Assembly (NCBI GenBank): GCA_949545755.1
Contig: CATITK010000002.1
Span: 3,516-67,515, forward strand
DNA: 64,000 nucleotides
Direction of reading: 5' to 3'
Origin: Polaribacter sejongensis
Lineage (GTDB): Bacteria > Bacteroidota > Bacteroidia > Flavobacteriales > Flavobacteriaceae
In this document: positions 9,035-20,350 of the stretch, one piece after another
How the letters are laid out: each line of letters starts with the position of its first letter
Numbering within the stretch: position 1 is the stretch's first letter
Position numbers and translations under genes: made by a program
The notes under the pieces: model-generated
The model's input: the letters and a program-made list of their open reading frames with translations, nothing else
Database searches by the model: none
What the model was told of the DNA's origin: nothing

Positions 9035-10891
9035 GTGAATTATTTATCAGTAGAAAATATTTCTAAATCTTATGGAGAACGTATCTTATTTGATGACATC
9101 TCTTTTGGAATTAACAAAGATCAAAAAGTTGCTTTTGTGGCTAAAAATGGAAGTGGAAAAACTTCTATTTTAAATATTATTGCGAATTTAGATGTACCAG
9201 ACTCTGGACAAGTCGTCAGTAGAAAAGGAATTTCTATTGCTTATTTGGCTCAAAAAGATGACATTGACCCAACTTTAACGATAGAAGAAACGATTTTTGC
9301 GACCGATAATAAAATTCTTTCTATTGTAAATCAATATGAAAAAGCGCTACAAAATCTTGATGATACAGCCTCCTATCAAACTGCATTTGAACAAATGGAG
9401 CAATACAATGCTTGGGATTTTGAAACTCAATACAGACAAATTTTATCAAAATTAAAATTAGACGATTTAAGTTTAAAAGTGAGTGCACTCTCTGGAGGAC
9501 AAAGAAAAAGACTTTCTTTAGCAATTGTTTTGATCAATAAACCCGATTTACTAATTCTTGATGAACCAACAAATCATTTAGATTTAGAAATGATCGAATG
9601 GTTAGAAGCTTTCTTTGCAAAGGAAAAGATTACGTTGTTTATGGTGACCCATGATCGCTACTTTTTAGAGCGGGTATGTAATGAAATTTTAGAATTAGAC
9701 GAAGGAAAAATATATAAATACAAAGGAAATTACTCCTACTACCTACAAAACAAAGAAGAACGTTTGGCTTTGGAAGCAACCAATTTAGGGAAAGCCAAAA
9801 GTTTATTTAAAAAAGAATTGGAATGGATGCGAAAGCAGCCAAAAGCAAGAACTACCAAGTCTAAATCTAGAACAGACGATTTCTATCAAATTAAAGAAAA
9901 AGCACATCAACGCAGACAAGACCATCTGGTTCAATTAGAAATCAACATGGAGCGCTTAGGAAGTAAAATTTTGGAGCTTCATAAAGTGTCGAAATCTTTT
10001 GGAGACAAAAAGATTTTAGATGGTTTTGATTATGTTTTTAAACGTGGAGAACGTGTCGGAATTATTGGTAAAAATGGAACTGGAAAATCCTCTTTTTTAA
10101 ATATTATCACAGGCAAATCTGAATTAGACGGTGGAAAGGTTGTTTTGGGTGAAACTGTTAAATATGGCTATTATACACAAGCTGGAATAACGATAAAAGA
10201 AGGGCAGAAAGTAATTGATGTTGTGAAAGAATTTGGCGAATTTATCCCTTTAACCAAAGGAAGAAAAATTTCTGCTTCCCAATTGTTAGAACGTTTTTTA
10301 TTCGACAAAAAGAAGCAATATGATTTTGTAGAAAGACTGTCCGGAGGAGAACAAAAACGCTTGTATTTATGTGCCGTTTTGATTCAAAATCCTAACTTCT
10401 TAATTTTAGATGAACCTACAAATGACTTAGACGTTGTGACCCTTAATGTCTTAGAAAATTTCTTATTAGATTACCCAGGAAACCTTTTAGTAGTTTCGCA
10501 TGATCGTTATTTTATGGATAAAATTGTAGATGCACTATTTGTGTTTAGAGGAGAAGGAATTGTTGAAAATTTTCCAGGAAATTATTCAGATTTTAGAGCG
10601 TATGATAGTTCTTCTCCAAAGGAAATAAAGAAAGAAAAAACGATTGAAAAGAGTGAGAAAAAAAATACGAAGAACCCTCTAAATTTTGATGAAAGACGAG
10701 AGTTTGGTGCTTTGGAAGCAGATATCGAAAGGCTTCAAAAAAGGAAAACTACCATTGAAACTCAGTTCTTAAATGTCGAAATTGAACCCGATGACATTGC
10801 AGAAAAATCTCAAGATCTGAAAGATACGATTGAAAAGTTGGAACAAAAGGAAGAGCGCTGGTTAGAGCTTACTATGAAATTAGAAGGGTAA
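9035..10891 (+). CDS. ABC-F family ATPase (Uup-like)
   Basis: Two ABC domains (NGSGKT / LSGGQ / LDEPTNHLD and NGTGKS / LSGGE / LDEPTNDLD), no TM segments, C-terminal coiled coil. Probable GTG start at 9035. Confidence 0.92.
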   Translation: MNYLSVENISKSYGERILFDDISFGINKDQKVAFVAKNGSGKTSILNIIANLDVPDSGQVVSRKGISIAYLAQKDDIDPTLTIEETIFATDNKILSIVNQYEKALQNLDDTASYQTAFEQMEQYNAWDFETQYRQILSKLKLDDLSLKVSALSGGQRKRLSLAIVLINKPDLLILDEPTNHLDLEMIEWLEAFFAKEKITLFMVTHDRYFLERVCNEILELDEGKIYKYKGNYSYYLQNKEERLALEATNLGKAKSLFKKELEWMRKQPKARTTKSKSRTDDFYQIKEKAHQRRQDHLVQLEINMERLGSKILELHKVSKSFGDKKILDGFDYVFKRGERVGIIGKNGTGKSSFLNIITGKSELDGGKVVLGETVKYGYYTQAGITIKEGQKVIDVVKEFGEFIPLTKGRKISASQLLERFLFDKKKQYDFVERLSGGEQKRLYLCAVLIQNPNFLILDEPTNDLDVVTLNVLENFLLDYPGNLLVVSHDRYFMDKIVDALFVFRGEGIVENFPGNYSDFRAYDSSSPKEIKKEKTIEKSEKKNTKNPLNFDERREFGALEADIERLQKRKTTIETQFLNVEIEPDDIAEKSQDLKDTIEKLEQKEERWLELTMKLEG

Positions 10892-10940
10892 AGTTGTTAA
10901 ACTAAATTTCTCCTAAGGTTTTTAAACCTTTTATGGAAAA

Positions 10941-11657
10941 TTAAATACTTACAATATCTTCCAAATTTAACAAGGGTTGATTGTTAAAACGCAACAAAAT
11001 TTGTGCGACAGCAATCGTGTCTTTTTCACAATAATTTACAATTCTTTGTAGGTTTTTTTCTTTGTAATAAACCGCAGCAACTTCACTACCATCAATATCG
11101 TCTTTTGGAGATGGGATGCCTAAAATAGCCGTTAGTAACTTCAGTGAGGTATAATGTTTATAGTCTCCAAACTTCCACATCTCTAGGGTGTCTAAATGGG
11201 GAACTTCCCATGGTTTTTTTCCAAATAAATTCAACTTTCTAGGCAATTCAATTTGATGCACTATCATTCTTCTCGCAATGAAAGGAAAATCAAATTCTTT
11301 ACCATTATGGGCACATAAAACATGACTATTTTTAACGAAATGCTTGTTTAATAAAACTTTAAAATCAATTAAAATTTGCTGCTCATCATCACCGAAAAAG
11401 GAAGTCAAACGCAATTGTTTTTTATTTGCTACATCTACAAAATAACCGACAGAAATACATATTATTTTTCCGAATTCTGCCCAGATTCCTGCACGTTGAT
11501 AAAACTCCTCAACAGTAGCCTCTTCTTTGCGCTGATAACGCGTTTTCTTTTCATAAAGTTCTTGTCTCTCTTTAGATAGAGCGCTCCAATTTTCTTCTTC
11601 TGGCACGGTTTCAATATCCAAAAAAAGGAGGTCATTTAATTTTACAGATAGATTCAT
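10941..11657 (-). CDS. PolB-like 3'-5' exonuclease
   Basis: DEDD motifs LDIET, HNGKEFDFP and YCEKD. Confidence 0.88.
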   Translation of the reverse strand: MNLSVKLNDLLFLDIETVPEEENWSALSKERQELYEKKTRYQRKEEATVEEFYQRAGIWAEFGKIICISVGYFVDVANKKQLRLTSFFGDDEQQILIDFKVLLNKHFVKNSHVLCAHNGKEFDFPFIARRMIVHQIELPRKLNLFGKKPWEVPHLDTLEMWKFGDYKHYTSLKLLTAILGIPSPKDDIDGSEVAAVYYKEKNLQRIVNYCEKDTIAVAQILLRFNNQPLLNLEDIVSI

Positions 11658-11848
11658 AGCAATGCAAATTTCTTTTTCTTGAGGTAAGATAGTGAAAAAT
11701 AAAAAAACAATATCACAACAAATGAATTGATTCCCTTCAAGTTATCTTAATGTTAACTAAAAAAGATTAAGATTAAATGATTGTTAAGTACTTCTGATGC
11801 TATTATAATTATCCCTATTTTTGATATTCATAGTATTTTAATCAATTT

Positions 11849-12547
11849 ATGAATAAAAGTGATATTAAAATCTTATTGGTTGATGATGAACCAGATATTT
11901 TAGAAATTGTAGGATATAATTTAAAGAACGAAGGGTATCAGATTTTTACAGCAAATAATGGCCTCGATGCTATTAAATCTGCTAAAAAAAACAATCCTCA
12001 ACTTATTTTATTAGACATCATGATGCCAGAAATGGACGGCATTGAGGCTTGTGAAAAAATCAGGAAAATAAGTGCTTTAGAAAATGTAATTATCGCTTTC
12101 TTAACAGCAAGGGGGGAAGATTATTCTCAAGTTGCAGGTTTTGAAGCTGGCGCAGACGATTACATCACAAAACCTATAAAACCAAAAGTTTTAATAAGTA
12201 AAATAAAATCTCTTTTACGAAGATTAAAAACTAAAAAAGAGAGTGAACAGACTTTTAAAATTGGCGATATCGTCATTGATAGAGATGAATATGTGGTGTA
12301 TAAAGCTGGAAAAAAAATAGCGCTCCCAAGAAAAGAATTTGAATTATTTTCTTTGCTAACATCCAAACCAAGTAAGGTATTTAAAAGAGATGTTATTTTG
12401 GATACCGTTTGGGGAAATGAAGTTGTTGTTGGAGGTAGAACGATTGATGTTCACATTCGAAAATTAAGAGAAAAAATTGGAGACCATCACTTTAAAACGG
12501 TTAAAGGAGTTGGTTATAAGTTTGTCTTAGAAGACGAAGATCATTAA
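11849..12547 (+). CDS. OmpR/PhoB-family response regulator
   Basis: LVDDE, LLDIMMP, GADDYITKP, and the wHTH motif RTIDVHIRKLREK...TVKGVGY. Confidence 0.93.
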   Translation: MNKSDIKILLVDDEPDILEIVGYNLKNEGYQIFTANNGLDAIKSAKKNNPQLILLDIMMPEMDGIEACEKIRKISALENVIIAFLTARGEDYSQVAGFEAGADDYITKPIKPKVLISKIKSLLRRLKTKKESEQTFKIGDIVIDRDEYVVYKAGKKIALPRKEFELFSLLTSKPSKVFKRDVILDTVWGNEVVVGGRTIDVHIRKLREKIGDHHFKTVKGVGYKFVLEDEDH

Positions 12548-12557
12548 AATAATCTCC

Positions 12558-13598
12558 ATGAAATTCAAAAAAACGTACTCTTATGCACTTTGGTCCGCAT
12601 TTTATTTAACGCTTCTTTCAGTTACTATTGGCGCAATTTCCTACTTCTTTATTGTTCAATTATTTGGTATTAGCACAGTTCTTATTTCTACTGTCATACT
12701 CTTCTTTATTTCATTTTTCATCATTCAATATAGAGCAGAACATTTTATATATAGGCGTTTAAAAAAAATATATGAAGACGTTTCTGTACTAGATATAAAG
12801 GATTTACAAAAGGATTCTATAACACCTGATATTGAAAAACTTTCTAAAAAAATGCAAAAATTTGTAGAAGGTAAAAGGCTTGAAATAAAAAACTTGACCG
12901 AGCGAGATTCTTTTAGACGCGATTTTTTAGGGAATGTAGCGCATGAACTTAAAACCCCTTTATTTACAGTACAAGGCTATATTTTAACCCTAATTGAAGG
13001 CGCTGTAAACGATAAAGAAATTAGAACAAAATACCTTGAAAGAGCCAACAAAGGTGTAGAAAGACTGGTTGCTGTTATTAAAGATTTGGATATGATTTCC
13101 AAATTAGAAAATGATGGTTTAAAAATAAATATGACCGTTTTTAACATTTTAGAACTCATACAAAATGTCTTTGACATGTTTGAAATGAAGGCAAAGAAAA
13201 AAAACATTACTTTAAAATTTGATCGCGTTTATGAGTTTCCTGTTTTTGTGAGTGGTGATATAGAAAAAATTGAACAAGTTTTAATAAACCTCATTGTAAA
13301 CTCCATTAAGTATGGAAAACCAAATGGCACAACAATTCTTGCCGTTGACTCTTATAACGAAGCGCATTTTATCGTGAAAGTCAATGACAATGGAGAAGGA
13401 ATCAAACAACAACATCTTCCGCGTCTTTTCGAACGATTTTATAGAGTAGACCAAAGTAGGTCTAGAGATCAGGGGGGCTCAGGTTTGGGCTTATCAATTG
13501 TCAAACATATTATTGAAGCGCATCATGAAACTATTTTACTAAAAAGCACCTATGGAGAAGGTTCTGAATTTTCATTTACGCTTAAAAAAGCCAAGTAA
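12558..13598 (+). CDS. PhoR-like sensor histidine kinase
   Basis: Two TM helices, H-box NVAHELKTPL, N-box NLIVNSIKY, DNGEGI, FERFYRVD and GGSGLGLSIVKH. Confidence 0.92.
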   Translation: MKFKKTYSYALWSAFYLTLLSVTIGAISYFFIVQLFGISTVLISTVILFFISFFIIQYRAEHFIYRRLKKIYEDVSVLDIKDLQKDSITPDIEKLSKKMQKFVEGKRLEIKNLTERDSFRRDFLGNVAHELKTPLFTVQGYILTLIEGAVNDKEIRTKYLERANKGVERLVAVIKDLDMISKLENDGLKINMTVFNILELIQNVFDMFEMKAKKKNITLKFDRVYEFPVFVSGDIEKIEQVLINLIVNSIKYGKPNGTTILAVDSYNEAHFIVKVNDNGEGIKQQHLPRLFERFYRVDQSRSRDQGGSGLGLSIVKHIIEAHHETILLKSTYGEGSEFSFTLKKAK

Positions 13599-13609
13599 TA
13601 GTATGCTGT

Positions 13610-14884
13610 TTACAGCAAATCAAAACCAATGTCTTTTCTATAATTCATGTTCTCAAATTGAATTTTATCGATGCTTCTATAACTTTTAGCTAAAGCTTCT
13701 TCCATGGAATCTCCAAAAGAAGTGATTGCCATAACTCTACCTCCACTAGTAAACACTTTTTTATCTACAATTGAAGTTCCTGCATGAAAAACAATCGATT
13801 CCTCGACCGTTTCAACACCTGTAATTTCTTTATTCTTTTGATAAGCCTCAGGATATCCGCCAGAGACTAGCATTACCGTTGTTGCTGTTTTAGAAGTGAC
13901 AGAAAAAGATTTTTCATGTAAATTTTGATTGGCAACCCCTTCAAACAAATCAAATAAATCAGAATCGATTCTTGGCAATACAACTTCCGTTTCTGGATCT
14001 CCCATTCTTACGTTGTATTCTACAACCGAAGGATTTCCATTGTCATTCATCAATCCAATAAAAATAAAACCTCTGTAATCAATTCCGTCTTTTTGCAAAC
14101 CGGCAATGGTTGGTTTTACAACTAATTCCTCTACTTTATTTAAAAAAGCAGCATCTGCAAAAGGCACAGGAGAGATTGCACCCATTCCACCCGTATTTAA
14201 ACCTGCGTCGCCCTCACCAATTCTTTTGTAATCTTTTGCTGATGGTAAAATTTTATAGTTTTTTCCGTCGGTTAACACAAAAACAGACAATTCTATTCCT
14301 TTTAAAAATTCTTCGACAACAACCGTAGAAGAGGCTGCTCCAAATTTTTGATTGGAAACCATTTCTTCTAATTCCAGCTTCGCTTCTTCTAAAGAGTTTA
14401 AAATTAAAACGCCTTTTCCTCCTGCTAGACCATCTGCCTTTAGGACAAAAGGGGGTGCTAATGTTTCTAAAAAGGCAAAACCTGCTGTTAGATTTTCTTT
14501 TGTGAATGACTGATAACGAGCTGTTGGAACGCCATGTTTTAGCATGAATTTCTTAGAAAAGTCTTTCGATCCTTCTAATAAAGCTCCGTCTTTTTTGGGT
14601 CCAATTACCGGAATATTTTTCAACGCATTGTCAGCTAAAAAGAAATCGTGAACACCTTCCACTAAGGGCGCTTCTGGTCCTACAAGCACCATTTTAATGT
14701 CATTTTCTAAAACAGTCTTTTTTACTGCTTCAAAATCTGTAGGATTGATATTGATATTTGTGGCTATTTTATGTGTTCCTGCATTTCCAGGAGCTACAAA
14801 AAGTTGCTTCACTTTTTTACTTTCTAATAATTTTAATGAAAAAGCATGTTCTCTACCTCCAGCGCCTAAAATAAGTACATTCAT
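13610..14884 (-). CDS. purD: Phosphoribosylamine-glycine ligase
   Basis: LILGAGGREHA, VGPEAPL, KADGLAGGKGV, NTGGMGA and EYNVRMGDPE motifs. The start at 14884 is supported by a -7 box at 14908-14915 (minus strand). Confidence 0.97.
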   Translation of the reverse strand: MNVLILGAGGREHAFSLKLLESKKVKQLFVAPGNAGTHKIATNININPTDFEAVKKTVLENDIKMVLVGPEAPLVEGVHDFFLADNALKNIPVIGPKKDGALLEGSKDFSKKFMLKHGVPTARYQSFTKENLTAGFAFLETLAPPFVLKADGLAGGKGVLILNSLEEAKLELEEMVSNQKFGAASSTVVVEEFLKGIELSVFVLTDGKNYKILPSAKDYKRIGEGDAGLNTGGMGAISPVPFADAAFLNKVEELVVKPTIAGLQKDGIDYRGFIFIGLMNDNGNPSVVEYNVRMGDPETEVVLPRIDSDLFDLFEGVANQNLHEKSFSVTSKTATTVMLVSGGYPEAYQKNKEITGVETVEESIVFHAGTSIVDKKVFTSGGRVMAITSFGDSMEEALAKSYRSIDKIQFENMNYRKDIGFDLL

Positions 14885-15098
14885 TGTTTGTTCTATTATT
14901 GTGATTGCAAATATACAATTAACACAAAAAAGAGCCGCTTTCACGCTTCTCTTTTTTTCTTTTTGCTAACAATGTCTATCCAAAGAGTTTCCCTAGTTCT
15001 ACTATCTCCGTTTCTAATTGAAATTTTAATGTAAAATGCGGAACGATGTTATCAGAAAAGTCTACTTAATATTTAAAAGCACAAAGCGATCTTCTCGA

Positions 15099-15869
15099 CT
15101 AAATGCCCCATTTTAAAAAGTATTTGATTGCAGAGAAAGTATGTCTAAAAAATAGATTTGGACTTTTAGAGGAGCCTTGTTTTAAGACGTGTATAATTTC
15201 TTCTTGAGGAAAATATAATTTTTTCATTCCGAGGTTGTCTATCTTTTTACAAATATCAACATCCTCCATATATAAAAAATAACGTTCATCAAAACCTTTT
15301 AATTTGACAAAATCATTGGTTTTATATAAATGAAAACATCCTGTAATATATTCAGCATAAAAAGGTTCTTTTAAATTTTTATCTCGGTAAGTACCTTTAA
15401 AGATGGTTGATTTAAAAATTGTTTTTAGCAAAGGAAATCTTCTTGCAAAAAGTTCTAAAATATGAGGATACCTTCTACAGGAATATTGATGTGCACCATT
15501 TGGAAACAATACCTTTGGAGCAATCATTGCTATTTCACTATTCTTTTCTAGTTCTAAAATTAGGTTTTGAATGACCTTTTTTTGAAAAACAACATCTGGA
15601 TTTAAAACTAAATGATATTTAGAGGTATTTTCTATTGCTGTTAAAATTCTATTATGTCCAGCGCCAAAGCCAATATTTTTACCCACAGGAATGTATACTA
15701 TTTCTGGATAATTAAATGTATCTTCAAAAAGTTTTTTAGGTGTATTATCTATTAAGTACAATTTCTTTTGTAGCGGCAATTCTAAAAAACATTGTATTGT
15801 TTTCGTAAGCTCTTTTAAATTTTCATTATAGAGAACAATAGAAACTGATATTGACAACTTTTCATTCAT
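15099..15869 (-). CDS. Glycosyltransferase family 2
   Basis: SIVLYN, NIGFGAGHN, LNPDV and GFDERYFLYMEDVD motifs. Confidence 0.9.
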   Translation of the reverse strand: MNEKLSISVSIVLYNENLKELTKTIQCFLELPLQKKLYLIDNTPKKLFEDTFNYPEIVYIPVGKNIGFGAGHNRILTAIENTSKYHLVLNPDVVFQKKVIQNLILELEKNSEIAMIAPKVLFPNGAHQYSCRRYPHILELFARRFPLLKTIFKSTIFKGTYRDKNLKEPFYAEYITGCFHLYKTNDFVKLKGFDERYFLYMEDVDICKKIDNLGMKKLYFPQEEIIHVLKQGSSKSPNLFFRHTFSAIKYFLKWGI

Positions 15870-15886
15870 GGGGGTGACTAGGGGGA

Positions 15887-17239
15887 TTAATAAGCTTTTT
15901 CTTCTCCTTTAAAAACACTAATTAGTGTTTGAAAAATTATTTTTATATCTAAAAAAAACGACCAGTTTTCAATATAAAAAACATCTAAACGCACTCTATT
16001 TTCAATGTCAGATTTTTTTTGTACTTCACCTCTATAACCAGATACTTGTGCTAAACCTGTTATGCCGGGTTTTACAGAGTTTCTAACAATATAATGATCT
16101 ATTTCTTTTAAATACTTTTCTGTTTGAATATTCATATGTGGTCTTGGGCCAATAACACTCATATCTCCTTTTAAAACATTAAAGAATTGAGGTAATTCAT
16201 CTAAACTTGTTTTTCTTAAAAAAGCGCCAATTTTGGTTATTCGTTTGTCATTTTTTGTTGCAGAAATTTTATGTGATAAAGAATTTGTTTTCATAGAACG
16301 TATTTTGTAACAACAAAATTGTTTACCATCTACACCATCTCTAATTTGCTTAAAAAAGAAAGCTCCTTTAGAATCTATTTTAACGATTACCCATAAAATT
16401 GGAAGTAACCAAGATAGTAGAAAAACGCATATTATAATAGAAAAAAGAATATCAAAAATTCTTTTTATTATATGGGTTTCAATCATTTCAAAAGGCAATT
16501 TTCTTCTTTTTAAAATTGGCAAGGTTCCATAATACTCTAATTCAAATTTCTTGCTGTAAATGGCTTTATTTTCTGGAATTAAATTAAAATCAATTTTATG
16601 TGTATTGCAAAATTGCCTGAGTTCTTTATGTTGTTGCCGACTAATTGAATTTACTTCACAATAAATTTCATCAATACTATCTTTTTCTAAATATAATAAG
16701 CCATCTGTAATAGTTCCTAAATATTTTGTTTCTTTGCTTTCTTTGTCTGAAAAAAAGCCTGTGAAGCGATACCCTAAATCTTGCCTCTTAATAAATAAAT
16801 TAGCTACATTTTTAGCCGATTTGTTACTTCCAAAAACAATAACATTTCTGAAATTATTACCAAACCTTCTATATGTTTTAAGGAAATATAAGGAAATAAA
16901 TTTTGCAATAAATAAACTACCTAAAATAAGTGATAGAGAAACAAACTGTTTATTAATAATATACCCTTCTCTAAACAAGCTGAAAAAAGTAAAAAAAGAC
17001 AGTATAAAAATAGAAAATTGACCAAATATTAAATTTAGTATTTTCAGTCCTCCTGTTGTTCTATAAACTTTATAGTAATTAGTATAATAAGATGTTAACA
17101 ACCAAACTAGATTTACGTACAATAAGAAACTCAAATTAATATAATTTCTATCTTTAATAAAATAGACAATTATATTAATAATGAGAATGTCAATAATAAT
17201 ATTGATAGGTTTTATTAAAAATGAATATCTTGGTTTCAA
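15887..17239 (-). CDS. Polyprenyl-phosphate sugar phosphotransferase (WcaJ-like initiating transferase)
   Basis: TM N-terminus with KRIFDI, YKIRSM, LRKTSLDELPQFFNVLKGDMSVIGPRP and KPGITGLAQV. Confidence 0.92.
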   Translation of the reverse strand: MKPRYSFLIKPINIIIDILIINIIVYFIKDRNYINLSFLLYVNLVWLLTSYYTNYYKVYRTTGGLKILNLIFGQFSIFILSFFTFFSLFREGYIINKQFVSLSLILGSLFIAKFISLYFLKTYRRFGNNFRNVIVFGSNKSAKNVANLFIKRQDLGYRFTGFFSDKESKETKYLGTITDGLLYLEKDSIDEIYCEVNSISRQQHKELRQFCNTHKIDFNLIPENKAIYSKKFELEYYGTLPILKRRKLPFEMIETHIIKRIFDILFSIIICVFLLSWLLPILWVIVKIDSKGAFFFKQIRDGVDGKQFCCYKIRSMKTNSLSHKISATKNDKRITKIGAFLRKTSLDELPQFFNVLKGDMSVIGPRPHMNIQTEKYLKEIDHYIVRNSVKPGITGLAQVSGYRGEVQKKSDIENRVRLDVFYIENWSFFLDIKIIFQTLISVFKGEEKAY

Positions 17240-17270
17240 TTTCTAGTTTAGTATAAACAGTTAGTATTGG

Positions 17271-18182
17271 TTAATTTTTTAAAATCTTATGGTTGTACAT
17301 TTTCGTTAAGGTATTTTCAATACTATATTTACTATTGGAAAAAGAAATAAAAGAGCTCAATTTTTCTGCGGATCCTTTTAGCATCACGATTTCATTTTTT
17401 CGAATAAACGCTGGGTTTACCTCAACTTCCATAGTATATCCAGACAACTCGTCCATTGTTTTTAAAATTTTCTTTATGTTAATGGCAGCACCACTGCAGA
17501 TATTCACAATTTCTGACTTCACCTCTGAGGTTAGTAATTTTGTATACGTTTCCACAACAAAGCCTATATCATTAAATTCTCTATACACGTCTATATTCCC
17601 AAGGGCTATCTTTTTTAGCCCTTTCGCATAATGCTCAATTATTTTAGGAATTAAAAACTTTTCTTCTTGATGTATACCTGTATAATTAAACGGTCTTGTA
17701 ATGATAATATTTTGTCTGTCAAAAAATGTTTTTACCATATTCTCCATCACAAGTTTGCTGTTTCCGTAGTGGTTTACAGGTTGTGGGCAAAACGTTTCAA
17801 AAAGTTCTCCTTCTATATTTCCATAGACCGTTGCACTACTTATCATTACTATTTTTTGGGGAACATAATCTAGTTTTTCAACGGCATTTAAAAGATTTAA
17901 CGCTCCAAAAACATTTACCTTATATATATTTTCCTTGTTATTTTCTGCAACAAAAGAGATGGCTGCTAGATTTATAATATATGCTGGTCTTACTTTTTCT
18001 AGTACTTCTAGAATTGCATCTTCATTGAGGATATCGCAAGAAAAATGAGTTTCTTTTTTAGGAATGTCAATCACTGTGCCAAAAACAGTAAAGCCTTTAG
18101 AAGTCAAATAGGTTTCTAAATGCTTTCCAGTAAAACCACTTATCCCTGTAACAAGAATGTTTTTATTAGAAGGTGCTTCCAT
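17271..18182 (-). CDS. GDP-4-keto-6-deoxy-D-mannose reductase-like SDR (Rmd/Tld-like)
   Basis: [21 protein letters not shown] and RPFNYTG motifs; overlaps gmd. Confidence 0.7.
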   Translation of the reverse strand: MEAPSNKNILVTGISGFTGKHLETYLTSKGFTVFGTVIDIPKKETHFSCDILNEDAILEVLEKVRPAYIINLAAISFVAENNKENIYKVNVFGALNLLNAVEKLDYVPQKIVMISSATVYGNIEGELFETFCPQPVNHYGNSKLVMENMVKTFFDRQNIIITRPFNYTGIHQEEKFLIPKIIEHYAKGLKKIALGNIDVYREFNDIGFVVETYTKLLTSEVKSEIVNICSGAAINIKKILKTMDELSGYTMEVEVNPAFIRKNEIVMLKGSAEKLSSFISFSNSKYSIENTLTKMYNHKILKN

Positions 18183-19200
18183 TTATATTTCTTTCTATAT
18201 CTTTTTTAATCATCATCTCACACAGCTCTTCAAGGGTAGTTTTTGGTTTCCATCCTAAAATTTCATTCGCTTTAGAAGCATCACCAATCAATAAATCCAC
18301 TTCAGCAGGTCTATAAAATTTTGGGTTTATTTTGATCAGTACCTTTCCTGTTTTGGCGTCTATCCCTTTCTCATTTTCATTTTTACCTTCCCAAGTAATG
18401 TCAGTATCTATAGCTTTGAATGCCAAACTCACAAAATCTCTCACTGTTTGTGTTTGGTTGGTCGCTAATACAAAAGTGTCTGGCTTGTCTGCTTGCAACA
18501 TTCTATACATGCCATCTACGTATTCTTTGGCAAAACCCCAATCTCTTTTGGCATCAATATTTCCAAGCTCCAATAAGTCTTGTTTGCCAAGGTGAATTTT
18601 TGCAACTGTGTCAGTAATTTTTCGTGTCACAAATTCTTTGCCTCTTAATGGAGATTCGTGGTTGAATAGAATACCACTCGATGCAAATAATCCATACGAT
18701 TCTTGATAATTGAGTGTTGTCCAATGAGCAAAAACTTTGGCTACTCCATAAGGACTTCTTGGGTGAAATGGCGTTTGTTCGTTTTGTGGAATTGCTTGTA
18801 CTTTACCAAACATTTCGGAGGTAGAGGCTTGATAAAATTTTATTTTTGGATTGATGGTTCGGATGGCTTCCAATAAATTTAAAACACCAACACCTGTGAT
18901 GTTTGCCGTTGCTATGGGTTGCGTAAATGATACGCCTACAAAACTTTGTGCTGCCAAATTGTATATTTCATCAGGCTCTACTTTAGAAATTATTCTGTAA
19001 GCACTAGATAAATCAATTAAATCGTACTCTAATAGTTGAAGATTTGGGTGATTTTCAATACCTAACTCTTGAATTCTCCAAAAATTTGTTGAACTTGTTC
19101 TTCTATAAGTACCAAAAACGTGATATCCTTTTTCTAATAATAATTCAGCTAAATACGCTGCATCTTGTCCTGTAATACCTGTTATTATTGCTTTTTTCAT
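18166..19200 (-). CDS. gmd: GDP-mannose 4,6-dehydratase
   Basis: [35 protein letters not shown] and [16 protein letters not shown] motifs. Confidence 0.96.
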   Translation of the reverse strand: MKKAIITGITGQDAAYLAELLLEKGYHVFGTYRRTSSTNFWRIQELGIENHPNLQLLEYDLIDLSSAYRIISKVEPDEIYNLAAQSFVGVSFTQPIATANITGVGVLNLLEAIRTINPKIKFYQASTSEMFGKVQAIPQNEQTPFHPRSPYGVAKVFAHWTTLNYQESYGLFASSGILFNHESPLRGKEFVTRKITDTVAKIHLGKQDLLELGNIDAKRDWGFAKEYVDGMYRMLQADKPDTFVLATNQTQTVRDFVSLAFKAIDTDITWEGKNENEKGIDAKTGKVLIKINPKFYRPAEVDLLIGDASKANEILGWKPKTTLEELCEMMIKKDIERNINGSTF

Positions 19201-19201
19201 T

Positions 19202-20350
19202 TTAGCTATTTTCTTTCCAATTAATGTATAATGTCTCTATTGTTTCTTTGAATTCTTTTTCAAATCGATTTTTACTGAACCGTTCTGCGTTTTTTCTGAT
19301 TATTTTTCTGTCAAAAGACGCTTCATTTTTTTCGAAACAATTAACCGCTTCTAACAAAGAAGATGACGTTTGTTCTTTAAAAAATATCCCTGTGACACTT
19401 TTATTGTCAAATTTCCCATCAGATGAAACTCCTATGATTGTCTCTAAAGCACCGCCTTTTCCATAAGCAATCACAGGAACTCCGCAGGCTTGGGCTTCAA
19501 TTGGTGCAATCCCAAAATCTTCTTCCGCTGCAAATATAAAAGCTTTTGCGCGTTTAATCATATCTAACATCTCCTCTTTTTCTACATATCCTTTAAGTTC
19601 GATGTTGGAGCTTGCTAGTTTTTTTATTTTTTTAAAGTCTGGACCATCTCCAATGACTATTAATTTTTTATTAGTTTTTGAAAATGCCTCAACAATTAAA
19701 TCAATTTTTTTGTACGGAACCATTCTTGAGCAGGTTATATAATAATCACTTGTCTCTGTTGTTAAGGTAAATGAGTCTGTATCAACAGGTGGATAAATAA
19801 CAATAGCTTCTTTATTGTACACCTTTTTTATGCGTTTGGCAACATAATGAGAAATTGCAATATAGTAGTCGGGTCTATTTGTTGTTGAGAAATCCCATGC
19901 CCTCAGTTTAAATAAAAAATATCTTGCTATAAGTCCTTTGATTCCTGAATCTAATTTTGATTCTTTAAGATACTGATGATACAAGTCCCAGGCATATCTA
20001 GCAGGTGAGTAAACGTAGGCTATATGGAGTTGGCTAGGCTTTGTTAGAACCCCTTTTGCGACTGAAGAAGACGATGACAGTATTAATTCATAATCACTTA
20101 AATCAAACTGTTCAATCGCAAAAGGAAAAAGGGGAAGGTATGTTCTGTACTTTTTTTTCCAAAATGGCAGTTTTTGAATAAAAGAATTCTTCGTTTTTTT
20201 TCCTTTAAGTATGAGGTCTCTATGGGGGGCTGATAAATCATCTATCAAAGAAAAATGATCAAAGTCATCCCAAATATTGGTAAAACTCTCCACACATCTT
20301 TCTGCGCCACCATAGACTGTATACCAATCATGAATTAATGCTTTTTTCAT
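19202..20350 (-). CDS. Glycosyltransferase family 4 (WbaZ-like)
   Basis: ALIHDW...[17 protein letters not shown] and [15 protein letters not shown] motifs. Confidence 0.88.
   Translation of the reverse strand: MKKALIHDWYTVYGGAERCVESFTNIWDDFDHFSLIDDLSAPHRDLILKGKKTKNSFIQKLPFWKKKYRTYLPLFPFAIEQFDLSDYELILSSSSSVAKGVLTKPSQLHIAYVYSPARYAWDLYHQYLKESKLDSGIKGLIARYFLFKLRAWDFSTTNRPDYYIAISHYVAKRIKKVYNKEAIVIYPPVDTDSFTLTTETSDYYITCSRMVPYKKIDLIVEAFSKTNKKLIVIGDGPDFKKIKKLASSNIELKGYVEKEEMLDMIKRAKAFIFAAEEDFGIAPIEAQACGVPVIAYGKGGALETIIGVSSDGKFDNKSVTGIFFKEQTSSSLLEAVNCFEKNEASFDRKIIRKNAERFSKNRFEKEFKETIETLYINWKENS

Noticed and set aside
14945-15098. Possible gene remnant between purD and the glycan locus
   Set aside because: The short open stretch on the minus strand shows no motif I can recognise.
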